From assembly GCA_905178155.1 (NCBI GenBank), contig CAJINV010000022.1, forward strand, positions 62,001 through 126,000: DNA of 64,000 nucleotides. The letters run 5' to 3'. Source of the stretch: Amoebophrya sp. A120 (lineage: Eukaryota > Protista > Dinoflagellata). Below are positions 37,385 to 50,344 of the stretch, piece after piece. Positions within the stretch are counted from its first letter, which is position 1, and the number at the start of each line of letters is the position of its first letter. The notes beneath the pieces were generated by a model. The model ran no database searches. It was not told the origin of the DNA and was given only the letters and a program-made list of their open reading frames with translations. The position numbers and the translations under genes are program-made.

Positions 37385-40300
37385 ATGGCCGCTGCGAAAG
37401 TCTGGATGGAACCCACCTCCAGGCCGAGCCGGCCGTTGAGCGCTCTACCGGTCCGGGGCGGGACGCCTTTGACAGGCGGGTACGGAATATGGATTGCAAA
37501 AATGTCTGGGTCTGGAAGAAAGCAACTTGTGATGCTATTTTTGGAATCTAAAAAAATCTGTATTGCATGAGCAGAAAGAGGCGTCCAGTTTTTGCTCCGG
37601 GGAGAGAGCATTTGTCATGCGTGATAGGCATCAAGATACCCGCAAAAAATTTGTGATGCTGGTGCATACATCGCAGACATCACGGGTCATGCAAAATGTG
37701 CATGACAAACCTTGCAATCTTCCAGACCCAGACATTTTTGCATTTGATACGGAAACTGGGGCGTGCCGAGGTACTCACTTTTCTTGCTCATATGATGTGT
37801 TTCCGCATGACAAAGTCGCTGCTCATCGCAAAATGAAAATTTCCTTCCTAGTATCCTCTACCGAAGGCCGCGAAATTTGTTTTAAAATCCCACACACAGC
37901 ACGCACCCCTCCGGCCCGACCGGGATAGGCGGCGGGGCAGTGAGTTCCTCTTCCGGGAAGAATCACTCCAACCCCAACTCCCAGCAGTTCCCGACGAACA
38001 AACCCAATAGCACGGCAAACCAGCTTATCAAATGCAAAAATGTCTGGGTCTGGAAACTTGTGATGCAAGCCCGTGAACAGTAACTTAACTTTTCTGTAAT
38101 GCACCGCCAAGCATGACAAGTTTTTTCGTGCTCTTGTGCTGCGTATTTCGCATGAGAAATAACTGCGCTTTTGCATGACAGCCAAGAGGGCCCCTTGGTG
38201 GCCACGCAATACAGAGTGCAGAATCATGCCAGACTAGCATGACAAATCTTGCAATCTTCCAGACCCAGACACTTTTGCATTTGATACAGCTGAAACAGCG
38301 ACCTAAATCCGCTTTGACTCGCCCAGGCCGGCACATGAAGAGATCAGGGTCGGCGCACGGAAACACAACTTTGGATACACTTATGGGAGTGTCAGGATCG
38401 AAATCGACAAAGTCGAAAAATTTGTAATGCATAAAATGTAGGGCCCATAAGGCCTGTGTTGGAGAGGAGGGAAATGAGACCGATTGCAAGCCTGTTTAGC
38501 CCTAAACATTTACTGCCAGAGTAGCATGACAGGCGCAGTCTTGTTTGCCTAAACAGCATGACAGACTGGGTTTTGGTGCTCCCAAAATTTGTCATGCGCC
38601 ACTTGGAAACTGAGTCCCCAACTGGTATCGATTTTATGCGTCACAAATTATTTCGATTTTGTTGATTTCGATCCTGACGCTTCCATAACACTGCTTTTCG
38701 ACGGACTCTTCGCACCCCACCAGTATGCGAAACACGGCGGTGGTGGAACAACAGCTGCAAACGGAACCCATCACAACTCCGGCGGTGCGAACGGTTTTAT
38801 CTCCGCGTCGGCGAATAACATAGCAGCGGTGAAAATGAACCCATATGGATACCAGTTAGGGAAAACAGCCGGGGGGAATAATTACTCAAATCTGGACAAG
38901 AGAAAAAACCCGATCCGTGGCGGCATAAAGAACCGAGCGGTCAGTCCTGCGGGGTCTACCGGGAGCGGCGCTGGGGGGATCATAAGAGAGAACAGCAATA
39001 CAGGCGGGATAAACAACAACGGGTCTAGAGAACAAAAAAAGCGCACTTCCGCAGAGCACTTTCTCGCGACCATGAATATTCCCGGAAATCCGCATAGCAA
39101 GCCGGGGAGTAGAGCCGGATCGAAGCCCAACGCCGGAATGATAACGACGCAGCAGCAGAACCAAGCGAATGTACAGTCGGATCTGACGAAGACTTTACAG
39201 ACAATCAAACAGCAGATAGAGCGGGAGAAGATGCGGTTAGCCGCGCCAAACAAGTTCAACAAATACGACACAAGGATGAACTGGCAGCAGACGCCGACGA
39301 GCGGAGCGTCTGGTGGGATGAAACAGCGCCCGCAGACTGCCGGTATGTACCGGACGAGGACGTCTGGTAGTGGTGGCTCCAACACAAACGTCATCTCCCC
39401 CGGCGCCTCCAAGCAAAACAACAATAACTCCAGCGACCGAATGCTAAGGGTATCAAATGCAAATATGTCTGGGTCTGGAAGAATGCAAGTTTGTCATGCT
39501 TGTCTGGAATGAGTGTTAAATCTGTGATGCATGAGCAGGAAAAGGACCTCTTGTCTGTCATGCAAAAACGCAGTTTGTCATGCGAAAAACGAAACACACA
39601 GCAGCGCAAAAACTACTTGTCATGCTGGGCTGCATATTTTAGTGCGCCCACAATTCGTAGATTTGCATCACAAGTTTCCAGACCCAGACATTTTTGCATT
39701 TGATAAGGGGAGCTGAACGACCACACAGCTGCAGCTCCGAAACAACGGCAGCGACCAACGACCGCGCATGTGGACCGGCTGAGAACGGTTGCGGCGAGCG
39801 ACCCGCGGTTAAATCTTCACAACCGGGCAGGAGCTTTGGGGAACAACCACACGAGACCAACCTCCGCGCACCCCGCGTCTGCCGCCCATCACGCGGCACA
39901 CGACCTGCAGTATGTGTTGCATCACGAGCGGCCGAAGTCGGCGTCGGCGGCCTCGAGTAGTCGGCAGGTCAAGGCGGACATGGTGGATAGAAGCGGGAAG
40001 ACAATACCTTCGACGTTGCTGGAGGGGGGAAGCTATGTGACCGGGAAAACGATTGGACAGGGGGCTTACGCGGTATAAGGAAGTGGTGGTTTTGAATTTG
40101 CATTTGGCTTTTTGTGATGCGAGAACTGCATAAGAAGCGGTGTTTGTCATGCACCATTCCGTACACATTAATATCAAACAGTCCGTCCGCGTCTGCACCC
40201 ACCACCCCTCGGAGAAGAACTACGCGGTGAAAATTTTCGACAAGACCCGGTCGCACTGGGAAAACCGGAAGAAACTGGTTTACCGAGAGGTGAAATTGAT

Positions 40301-42126
40301 GGAAAAGATCTGCCGGGATAATGAGCACATTTGCAAATTTCTCGAATACGTGGACTGTTCCAATTTTCTGCACTTGTTCCAGGAGCTCGTCAACGGGGGG
40401 AATTTGCGACAAGAGCTCAACAAAAAGCAACTACGGAGAATAAGCGAGGGGACGGTATGATAAATAGCTATTTGAATGATGTCAACAGGCATTTCTGACA
40501 AACCGCATTTCGGCTGTCATGCGGAGTTGGCAAATAAAATTGAGAACATGAATTTTGTGTACTACCAGGTCCGCAACTACTTTTGGCAAATCTGCGACGG
40601 GATAGAATACCTCCATCACAACCTCGTGGTCCACCGGGATATAAAATTGGAAAACCTTCTGCTCCACCACAACTCCTATGCATTGCAAAAGTATCGTGCT
40701 CGTACTAATCGCAGTCATGCAATGCAAGTTTGTTTCTCAAGCCAAATCCGCATTACAAATTTCATTTTTCACTTTGAGCAAACTTGTCCTGCGGTTTATA
40801 CAACTAGTGCGATGCTTTTGCATTGCATAACTCCCACGGCGTGACGATAAAAATCGTTGATTTTGGCTTCGCGGTGAAGCTCCAGACGCCGACGCAGAAG
40901 CTGAAAGTCTTCTGCGGGACGCCCAGTTACATGTCGCCCGAAATCGTAGCCGGAAAGGAGTTATGCACTGCAAATATGTCTGGGTCTGGAAGAATCCACG
41001 ACTTGTCATGCAGGTTTCCCTTGACCCAGGAGGTCTGCAATGCACGCCGTAGCATCACAAGTTTTACAAGAGCTTTGCAATGCCCAGTCTGCATGAGAAA
41101 TCCCAGTCAACAGAGGTTGCTAAAAATGAACAGCTTTTGCATCTCATGCATGACAGATTTATGTGTGATTGGCAGGGAGCATCACAAACCTGAACCATTC
41201 CAGACCCAGACATATTTGCATTTGATGGGAGTACAGCGGGTTCCAGAGCGACGTGTGGGCGCTGGGTGTGGTACTTCTTGTTGTTCACAACTTTCTCTTC
41301 GTAGAATGTAATATGCGAAGTGCGTTAACTCGAAAACTCGATTGCATGATCACCACGACCACGCATGACAAACAGGAGCTGTCATGCATAATTGCAATAT
41401 AAAAGGTTCTCTATGTGCTCCTCTGCGGCCGCTTCCCGTTTAAGGCGAACCAGGAACACGAGCTTTACCACAAAATCCGGCGGGGGCAGTTCTCCCTAGC
41501 GGATAACCACGTATCTTCCACTGCAAAAAGAGTGATCAAGGGCATCCTCCGCGTAGACGGCAACCTCCGACCGGTGGTGTCGCAAGTGGTCAACCACGCG
41601 TGGGTGTTGTCCGGATCCACCGCGGCTATGGCGGGGCGGCACTCAGAACACGCACAGCAGGAGAGGTCGTCGCAGAATATCAGCACGTCATCGTCGAAAG
41701 AGATAGATTTGGGCATTATCGCAGACAACAGCACGCACAGCAACGGAGTAGTTGCTGGCACCACGGGAGGGGGTTTTACAGAAGGGATAACTTTGAGTAG
41801 ACCCAGCAGTGCGGCCGGAGGAGCAAGCACATCGGGAGCTGGGCCGGGGAGGGTATCTTTCACAAGAGTCTGAATTTTGTTTTGCGGAGTTACCTAATAT
41901 GAAGTTTCATCGTCATTCTGTCATGCATGCTTGCAATTCTAACTTGTGTATGCTGTAATAAGTCCACGAACTACAACTTCTCCAGGTCGACAGTGCCAGT
42001 TTTGTCGGTGTCGCTCCGGACACTATCGAGGGCGAAACACCCCGGCACTACACAAATAGCCTGTCAAACAGCCAAACGGGGGTCTACGCAGCCACGACGC
42101 TCGATAAGCTATCCACCGGGGAGTAG
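37385..42126 (+). CDS. CAMK-group (MARK/SNF1-like) Ser/Thr protein kinase with long low-complexity N-terminus (~862 aa)
   Basis: IGQGAYASV, YAVKIF, HRDIKLEN, IVDFGFA, FCGTPSYMSPE, SDVWALGVVLY. Six introners plus GT-AG introns 37771-37899, 40073-40181, 40455-40568, 41271-41405 and 41853-41985. Confidence 0.92.
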
Positions 42127-43728
42127 GAGGAGGGAGACGCCCTGTTCGACTGCTAAGCAAGCGGGAAGCTGCTTCTGGTCCTGCTGCAGAACCGGAAACG
42201 AGAAATCAAAACTTTTTAGAAAAATCGCAATCTAATACCATATCAAAACCGAAGTCATCTGTTAATGTTACTAGAGTTACCAAGCTTAATATCCAGTTTC
42301 AATGTTACTAGAATTTTTCGCAAAAATACAATCTGCTACTCAACAGCTAAGGCCGCACGGCAATGGCTCGTTGTAGCAAGTAATCATCCTTCAGAACTTT
42401 CTGATTCTGACCAGAACTTTTTACTCTTCATTACTTCCTTTTGTGGTGCTGGTTGCAAGTAGAGCGATGAATTAGTGATTCATTCAGACGTAGATCATGA
42501 CAGTAGCAACTGTATCTTGAAGTTTGGCCTATGAATATTTGCTACAGGGAGCGGGTGGACGAAGGGAACAAACGGTTAATACAGCGCCAGCACCATGCCA
42601 CTTTTAGAGACCACAGTTTTACGACCAGAAAGAAAAGCACGATATTAAGCTTCAGCAACCAGGCAGTCGTCTGGAACCACGAAATTTATGTCGACCTCCT
42701 GCGCTCGCTGCGCCAGGGGGTAGATGAAAATAGAAGATGAAATAGAACTCCAGTATAGCTCGGCCAGCTATAATTCTTGGGGTAAATAAGATTTCATCGT
42801 GAACAACCCAAAACTTTATGATCTGTAGGACACGCTGCACACGAGAACTTCAACTTTGAAGTCTCGTCTATCGAAATAAGAAATCTTCAAAAATGAACAT
42901 GTACTTACTTTCTTCACAAGAAACTATCAACTCCCACGACGTTCCTCATGTATTATTTTGACCTTTATCCTCAAGCCCATTTTATTCTCTCGAAAAAACG
43001 CTATCATGGGCAGACCTCGGCAGAAGTAGCTAGTTATGAAAAGAGTTTTCTTCTCTACTTGTCATAGGTGGGGAGATAGAAATTTCGTATGAACTACTAC
43101 CAAAAAATGAACAATGCTACTGATGAAAGAACCGTAAGATGTCAATTCAAAACGAGGTCGGAAATATTGCTAGGAATTGCTACTGGCATGGGCGGCAGGA
43201 GTGCTAGTAGCTACCTGCGCTGTTTTCTGCTCGTGCATTCTTGCAAACTTTTGATGCATTTTTCTACCTGTTCCAACCGATCCGGAGCAATTTACTTACG
43301 AGAAACCGCAAGAACAAAGCGAGTCCGGCTGCGTGTATCGATCCCTGTATTTCACGCGATCTAAAGCAAGATCCATGCTATCGTGCGTGGTTGTTTTTTC
43401 TCCCGATTTTCAGAGGATCTCCATCTCCATCTCCTTCATATAGGATCCTTTTCGTGTTACCAACATGTCTCAGCGACAACTAAAAGAAGTAGAGTCCTAA
43501 TTAAACAACATCTGAACGTTTTTTAGAGCGGGTCGAATACCTTCAGCTTGATTGAGAGATATTACCTGTACATACTTCATAGGTCACTCATCAAGTAGTC
43601 CATCAAGTTCGAGTGTAGCTAGTTCATCGGCCGGAGTCTTTTTGTTTCCCATTCCCCCTATTTGCAAAGGCCCAAACTTTTCACACAGAAGGGGTTCTGC
43701 GAAAGATATACGAAAACTTTGCCAAATT

Positions 43729-44371
43729 ATGTCGTCCAAAAAGTGGGACTTCAAGCTGGAGTCCAGCTCGAACGTGCTGGTTGCGCAAGAGAAATCCACC
43801 GCGCTGGACAAGATCGACCCAAGTCTGGGCTGGAAAGCGGATGACAGCACAATATCAACGGTAACGGGCCAACCAAAGAAGGCAGCGGTGGACAAAACGT
43901 TTTTAGATAGGAAAGCCTGGGAAGCGGTCATGCAGCCATGTCAAGCGGTATATTGATGGTTTGATTCTTCTTATTGCATGCGCGTGCATTTTTACAGATC
44001 GAGTCCTGATGGTGCAATGACGTGCATGGCAAATGAAAATGATCTGATACATCTACTAACCCTCACAGGTTTTCATGAACATGTTCATGCTCTGGATGAT
44101 GGGCAGCAACCCGGGGATTTTCGGAATTATGATGCTCGCGTACGCGTACAGCAGCGGTATCGCGCAGTTGAAAAACGTCAACAACGTCTTCCTGCCCTTC
44201 TCCCAGCAGGGCGTAGACTGCAGTTTCCAGAAAATTGCTTACGTCGTGATCTGCGTCGCGGTGCTTGGGTACTTGACGTATAGTGCCAGTGGGATGGGTT
44301 TATTGCCGACGCAGACGGGGGACTGGATCTCGAAAATCCCCTACGTGCCGATACAGGAGCGGATCATTTAA
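43729..44371 (+). CDS. EMC4: ER membrane protein complex subunit 4 (~173 aa)
   Basis: KAWEAVMQP..AVFMNMFMLWMMGSNPGIFGIMM and MGLLPTQTGDWI. One GT-AG intron 43948-44068 with a TACTAAC branch point. Confidence 0.9.
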
Positions 44372-45458
44372 CTGTAGTGCAAGAAGAGCAAAAACGCTTT
44401 CGATGTACTTTGGCGACAACAAACCGCACCGTAATGAAAACGACATTTCCACCACGGCAAAAAATATGACCTTTATTACTCCACGACGGAGATGGGGTGC
44501 TAGAGATCATCAGACCTCTCCATTCCAACGGGTCTTGTTTCATCGTTGCTGATATTGCAGCGTCTGAAAAGGACTTGTGTTTGTCTTTGATCATCTCGAC
44601 GAGAAAGTAGATCCATTGCTATCTGGTTCTTTGTTCCACGAAAAAGATCCTATTCATGATGAGTAGGCACCCGCACCTGATGCAGCTTCACCCGCTCTTC
44701 ATGCGCACACGCAGCACATCAGATTTTCAATGAGTACATTGCCTAGTACTACCCGCGAGATCTCCTTGATATTTTTGTCGATCCAATAGTCAGCTCGCAA
44801 GGATCTCTACCATGATGCCCAATATCGTCTCTAGCTCTGCACGGAACCGAAGTAGATCACCTTTTCGACGACGCTTGTTTGATTTAAGTTTTTATCTTGT
44901 CTTCTTTCGCGGAAGCTTTTGCCATGTTGCGCTAGGGTAGACTAGATCTTAGTCTTACTTTTGGTGTCTTCGCAGCTTACCTTAGCTCATATCGTGTAGA
45001 GCAGTAACGAGCTTGTTCAGTCTGACCGATCGACTAGAAGATCTACGAAGCTATCCAACCTAAAAAATATTTCGCTGTTGACGACTAGTAGATCTATCAG
45101 TGTTGCCGCATTCATTGCGTATAATAGCCATTGCGCATGTAGTTCAAATACCTTTAGATCCATACACGTAACTCAACAATTATTTTCTTCGCGCACCTTG
45201 TGTTGCAAATTCCTTTCCCAAATAAACAACAGCGGTAAAGGAATTTCTTGGTTGAGAGTTTCTCTCAAGTTGTCAAGAAATTCGATCTATTATTCTAGAT
45301 CACTAGACTAAGTCGTTGCTAGCTACAACAGCACGGCTTCAGGAGTCAGTAGTTGTTTTAACGAACAGGTTCGATAGTTTGTTCTTACCCTACAACTTAT
45401 TCGCACAATAATTCATTTTCAGTTTTTCACTAGATTTCTGTACCCAAAATCCAATAAA

Positions 45459-48400
45459 ATGTCGCAACAAGAGATGAACAAAATTAAGCAGGAGATTGTC
45501 TCCAACCCGGGATCGCCTCTGGAGGAGGAAAAGTCCAGTCCGGCGGAGGAAAAGAAGAACAGCAGTTCGCAAAAAAGCGACAAAAACACCCCATCGAAGT
45601 CCGAGCCCAGCCCGGCAAAATCGGATAGGTCGGCCGGAAGTGAAGATGTGCACGCTCAGGGAGAGGATGGTATACATTATTTTCACTTGAAGATGTTCTT
45701 GGTCTCCTATTCTAAGTTCTATTTGATAGCACCCTGAAGATGATGACCCTGTGCAGCACCGCTCTTCACATTCGCATGATGTTCTTGACAAAACAGTTTT
45801 CAAATTCGCCAAAAAATCTCCAGTCGCGGCCCTGAACGAGGAAGCGGAGGATGGAGAGGAACAGCAACCTGAGCTGATGGAAGACTTATCCTGTGCAAAA
45901 GCATCGTACTCGTATTGCAATCATGCATTACAAATCTTTTTGCTGAGGTAGATCCGCATTACAAATTTTATTTCTCATGCTGAGGAAATTTGTAATGCAT
46001 TCATACGAGTGCGATACTTTTGCAGTTCATAAGATTCCGAGGATGACGATGACGAAGACATGGACGACGAAATTCCGGCCGACAGCGGCATTGCCGCGCT
46101 GATGCAGCAGCACGACAAGTTCAAGACCGCCAAGGAAGACAAGACCTATCCTGTGCAAAAGTATCGTACTCGTAGTAATCGCAGTCATGCTTTACAAATC
46201 TCCATCCCAAGGCAAATCAGCATGACAAATTGCATTTCTCATGCTCTTGCGCTAATTTGTCATGCGATTCATACTAGTACGATACTTTTGCAATGCATAA
46301 GACCATGAAGAATACGAAACTAATGTCAGAGAACAAATCTAAGCCCGCGAAGATGGGCGGGGGAGATCTACTTGACGATGGCTACATGATATGGATTGCA
46401 AATTATATGTCTGGGTCTGGAAACTTGTAATGCTAAAAGTGAATGATAGACGCACTGCAATTATACGCAGCTACGCATGACAAATTTTTTGGCTGACATG
46501 TCTTACGTATTCCGCATGTCAAAGTGCGTTTTTGCATGACAGGCAAGAGGGCCTTTTCGTGCCTATGCAACACAGATTCGCGTGTCATGCCAGACAAGCA
46601 TGACAAACTTGTATTCTTCCAGACCCAGACGTATTTGCATTTGATACATGAGCCACCTGTACAACGCGAATGGCGAGATGATGCACGATCCGAAGGACAA
46701 GATGTCCTTCGCGGACGAGTATCCTGTGCAAAAGTATCGTACTCGTAATGCAGCATTACAAATTTTTTTCCGAAGCCAAATCCGCATGACAAATCCTATC
46801 TTTCATGCTGAGGAAATTTGTAATGCATTTATATATACGAAAGCGATACTTTTGCAATGCATAACGAAGACAGGCCAGAATTTAACTCCCCCTACGAGAA
46901 GTTTGACGGGAGTCCGTTTGACGATTTCAAGAACAAGGACGTGGGCGGGATCTACGACAAGAGCAGTGGGAAGAAGGACAAGATATGGATTGCAAAAATC
47001 TTTGAGTCTGGAAGATTGTAATTGTCATGCTAAATCTGAATCATGCAGAAATCTTTTTTGCATGAGTGCCAAGCTGTCCATTTTCGACGAACTTTGGAGG
47101 GAGTTTCTCATGCAGGAAAGGTATGGCAGAGACGTCACAGACTCTGTCATGCTAGGTCCCGCATTCCAGACCTCGCAAGTCATGGAAAACCTGCATGACA
47201 AGTCTTGCATTCTTCCAGACCCAGACATTTTTGCATTTGATACAAGATTATGTTGGACGATTTGGAGCACTTTATGACCGGGAAGAAAAAGAAGGGGAAG
47301 AAGGGAAAGGTAGAAAGAGAAGAACTGCAGCTACATATATTGATTCTTCAGCATGACAGACTAGGTAGAGCTCAGCTAGACAAAACCAAAAGACCAACAC
47401 ATGTGTAGTTCAGCTAGACAAAAGAGAGACCAACACATGTGTAGTTCTTTCTCATGCAGCTGCACGACAGATCTTGTTTCAGTGTCCATACGAAGATACG
47501 CGCATGACAAATCGAAATCCGGACCTAGAATACGTGTGCAAAAAAAAATGCGTGAAAATCGAAATCAATCACAGAAAGCCGCCACGGTCGGATTCGGCGT
47601 GAAAAAATCGGGTAAGAAAAAAGGCGCCACTACCCGAGAGTCCTGGTCCAGCTACATCCACAAGGTTTTGAAAACGGTGCACGGCGAGAACTGCGGTATG
47701 AGCTCCAAGGGAATGGACATCGTTGATTGCTTTGCGCACGACATTTTCGAGCGGTTGGTGGACGAAGCGACGCGACTCATGCGGTTGAACAGCCGAAACA
47801 CCATGACCAGCAGGGAAATGCAGACCGCGTGCCGATTGATCTTGCCAGGTATAGGATTAAGTTTAGAATATCATGTTGTAGTATGAGTGACTGCATTACA
47901 GAAATGATATAGTCATGCTCGTTCTTGCTACACAAGTTGTAGTCCTTTTGCAGCTACTACACACGTTGCACTGATAGAAACATGTTGTTTGTCATGCATA
48001 ATTTATCCCCATCTTACAACTATCAGGTCAACTGGCACAGCACGCGATTCAGGACGGCACCCAGGCGGTGCGCAATTACGACGAAGCGTGTGGCAAGGTC
48101 CGAGACGACGATATTTTCCGAAATAACGAGGACGGTGGGCAGTCGGTGGCGTCTTCTAGAATGATGGGCGAGGATGATACGGACGACGAGGACAGCGAGG
48201 GGGATGATGACGATATGGCAGAGAAGTTTAACAAGCAGAAGCGGAAGGCGGCGGGAGATGACAAGTATGCATTGCAAAAGTATCGTACTCGTATAAATGC
48301 ATTACAAGTTTCCTTAGCATGAGGAATGAAATTTGTAATGCGGATTTGACTCAACAAAAAGATTTGTAATGCATGATTGCAATACGAATACGATACTTTT

Positions 48401-49144
48401 GCACAGGATAACAAGATGAAGCTGCCGAAGAACATGGACGAGGATATGATGATATGCATTGCAAATATGTCTGGGTCTGGAAAGCCTGGGATTTGTGATG
48501 CCAACTTTCGATGATACAAAAACCTGTATTGCATGAGCAGCAAACGGCACTGAGATTGTTGCCACCTCCCGAAGAGGGCATTTCTAATGCAGGATAGGCA
48601 CGGGGAAAGAACCTTCGTAAAAGCTGTGATGCTAGAGCATGCATCACAGACATCGCGGGTCATGCACTACTTGCCTGACAAATTCCCCCAATCTTCCAGA
48701 CCCAGACATATTTGCACTCCATAGATGATGTTTATGGACAAAACGGACAAGAGCATGGCAAACAAGGAATCTTTTTTTGACGATACCAAATGGAAATATG
48801 TCTGGGTCTGGAAAGTTGGAACTTGTAATGCTGGTCTTGCATTTTTCCTGTGAAATCTGTATTGCATGACCAAGATGAACAAAAGTGGTAGCCTCTCATG
48901 TCATACAAACACGCAGTTTCTCATGCGGAGTTCGTACGGGAAAGCGTTCTGCAAACTGGTCATGCTTTCCTGCAAAAGGAAGTGTTTTCCTCTTGCGCAT
49001 TTTAGCATCACAAATTTCCAGACCCAGACAAATTTGCATTTGATAGACGAGGCGGCCATGAAGAAGGAGAAAATTATGGCGCAGTACCATACGGACCAGA
49101 TGGGAGATATGATGGGAATGGAAAAAATGGAAATGCCGCAGTAA
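45459..49144 (+). CDS. Divergent histone H2B-fold protein with long acidic N- and C-terminal extensions (~479 aa)
   Basis: Core RESWSSYIHKVLKTVH..CGMSSKGMDIVDCFAHDIFERLVDEATRLMRLNSRNTMTSREMQTACRLILPGQLAQHAIQDGTQAVRNY aligns by eye with H2B. Eight introners plus GT-AG introns 45670-45796, 47310-47574 and 47849-48026; spliced length 1,440 nt. Confidence 0.82.
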
Positions 49145-50344
49145 AAATAACAGTTGGAGGTGGGTTCTTGAAACGCGCGGCGGGGGCGGATATTGAAAAA
49201 AAGCGAGGGAGACTAAAGCGAAAAGAGGACAGGAGTAGCGCAGCCGCAGGAACAAGAAGCAGTGTCAAAAAATAAAGAGTTTCACGTTCTTTTCTAAACC
49301 AAAAATCATATCGTTTTCATCGTACATCTTCTAAATCCTATTACAAATCTCAATGATTTATTTCCGTATCTTGTTATACAATCCTATGTCTCATTCTCTT
49401 CTAAACAACAATTCTTGAAATTAAAAAGCAGCTTCACCAATGTCCGTAATTGTGTCATAGTCATCCTCTAGGCGTCCAAAGTAGACAAGTTTCGCATTTT
49501 TCATCGTCTTTCATTGACCGCCCGAAAGCCGAGGCGTTTTCCCGTCCGGAGCAGGAGCAGAGACAGTCTGAAGTTTATGTCGTTCTCAGGAAAAACAGCA
49601 TGCTGTTTTGAAAACTACTTCTATTATTTCATATCAAAATTCATGATTTCCATCTTCAGACCAACTTGCCACTTTGCCTTCGCTACTTTCTTCTCCAACA
49701 AATGCGCAAGAAATTCTTGCGTGTTGACATTATCGAAGCTTCTTGTCTTCTGCATGCCCTGGAAGCAAATCACTTGCAAGGCGAAGTAAGTCCTCGAGAA
49801 CCGTCGAAGCCACTGACAGCTCCAGCAGAAAGCGAGAGGTGATCTGGTTTCTTTCACCAGTATGATAACGCACTGCAGATGAAAAACCAACGAGGCTAAG
49901 CAAATGGCGTCGGCCAAAATCTGAAGACTACGGAATTAAAATGAAATGTTGATGACACCAGCCGTCGGAAGTGCTTCGAGCGGTCATGTGGAGTTCTTTA
50001 ACAGCCGATTGTAATTATCCTGTTCGACTGCTCACAGCTTGCTTCAACGCTTCTCGCCGTAAATGCGTAGCTCAGATGGTGCGTGTTTGTTTTGGTCTTG
50101 AAGAAAGTTAAAGATCAGGTGCCCTGCAGCGATCGGATCCTTCGATAGTTGTCGCAGAACGTACAAGAATTTACTTTATCTGACTGTATGAGTTGTAGAT
50201 GTAGGTGTAGCTACACGTCGTACATCTTAGCAGGAGTTTGTTCACATCCGTGTGTCAAAATCTTTACCGCCGGCGCGTGCTGAAGAACCGACAGTGATTG
50301 AAGTGACGGCTTTTACTTTTTTGTCCGAATCAAAAACCGAAATC

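Noticed and set aside
47372-47447. Tandem duplication of TCAGCTAGACAAAA...AGACCAACACATGTGTAGTTC inside an intron
   Set aside because: Local two-copy duplication with no further structure.
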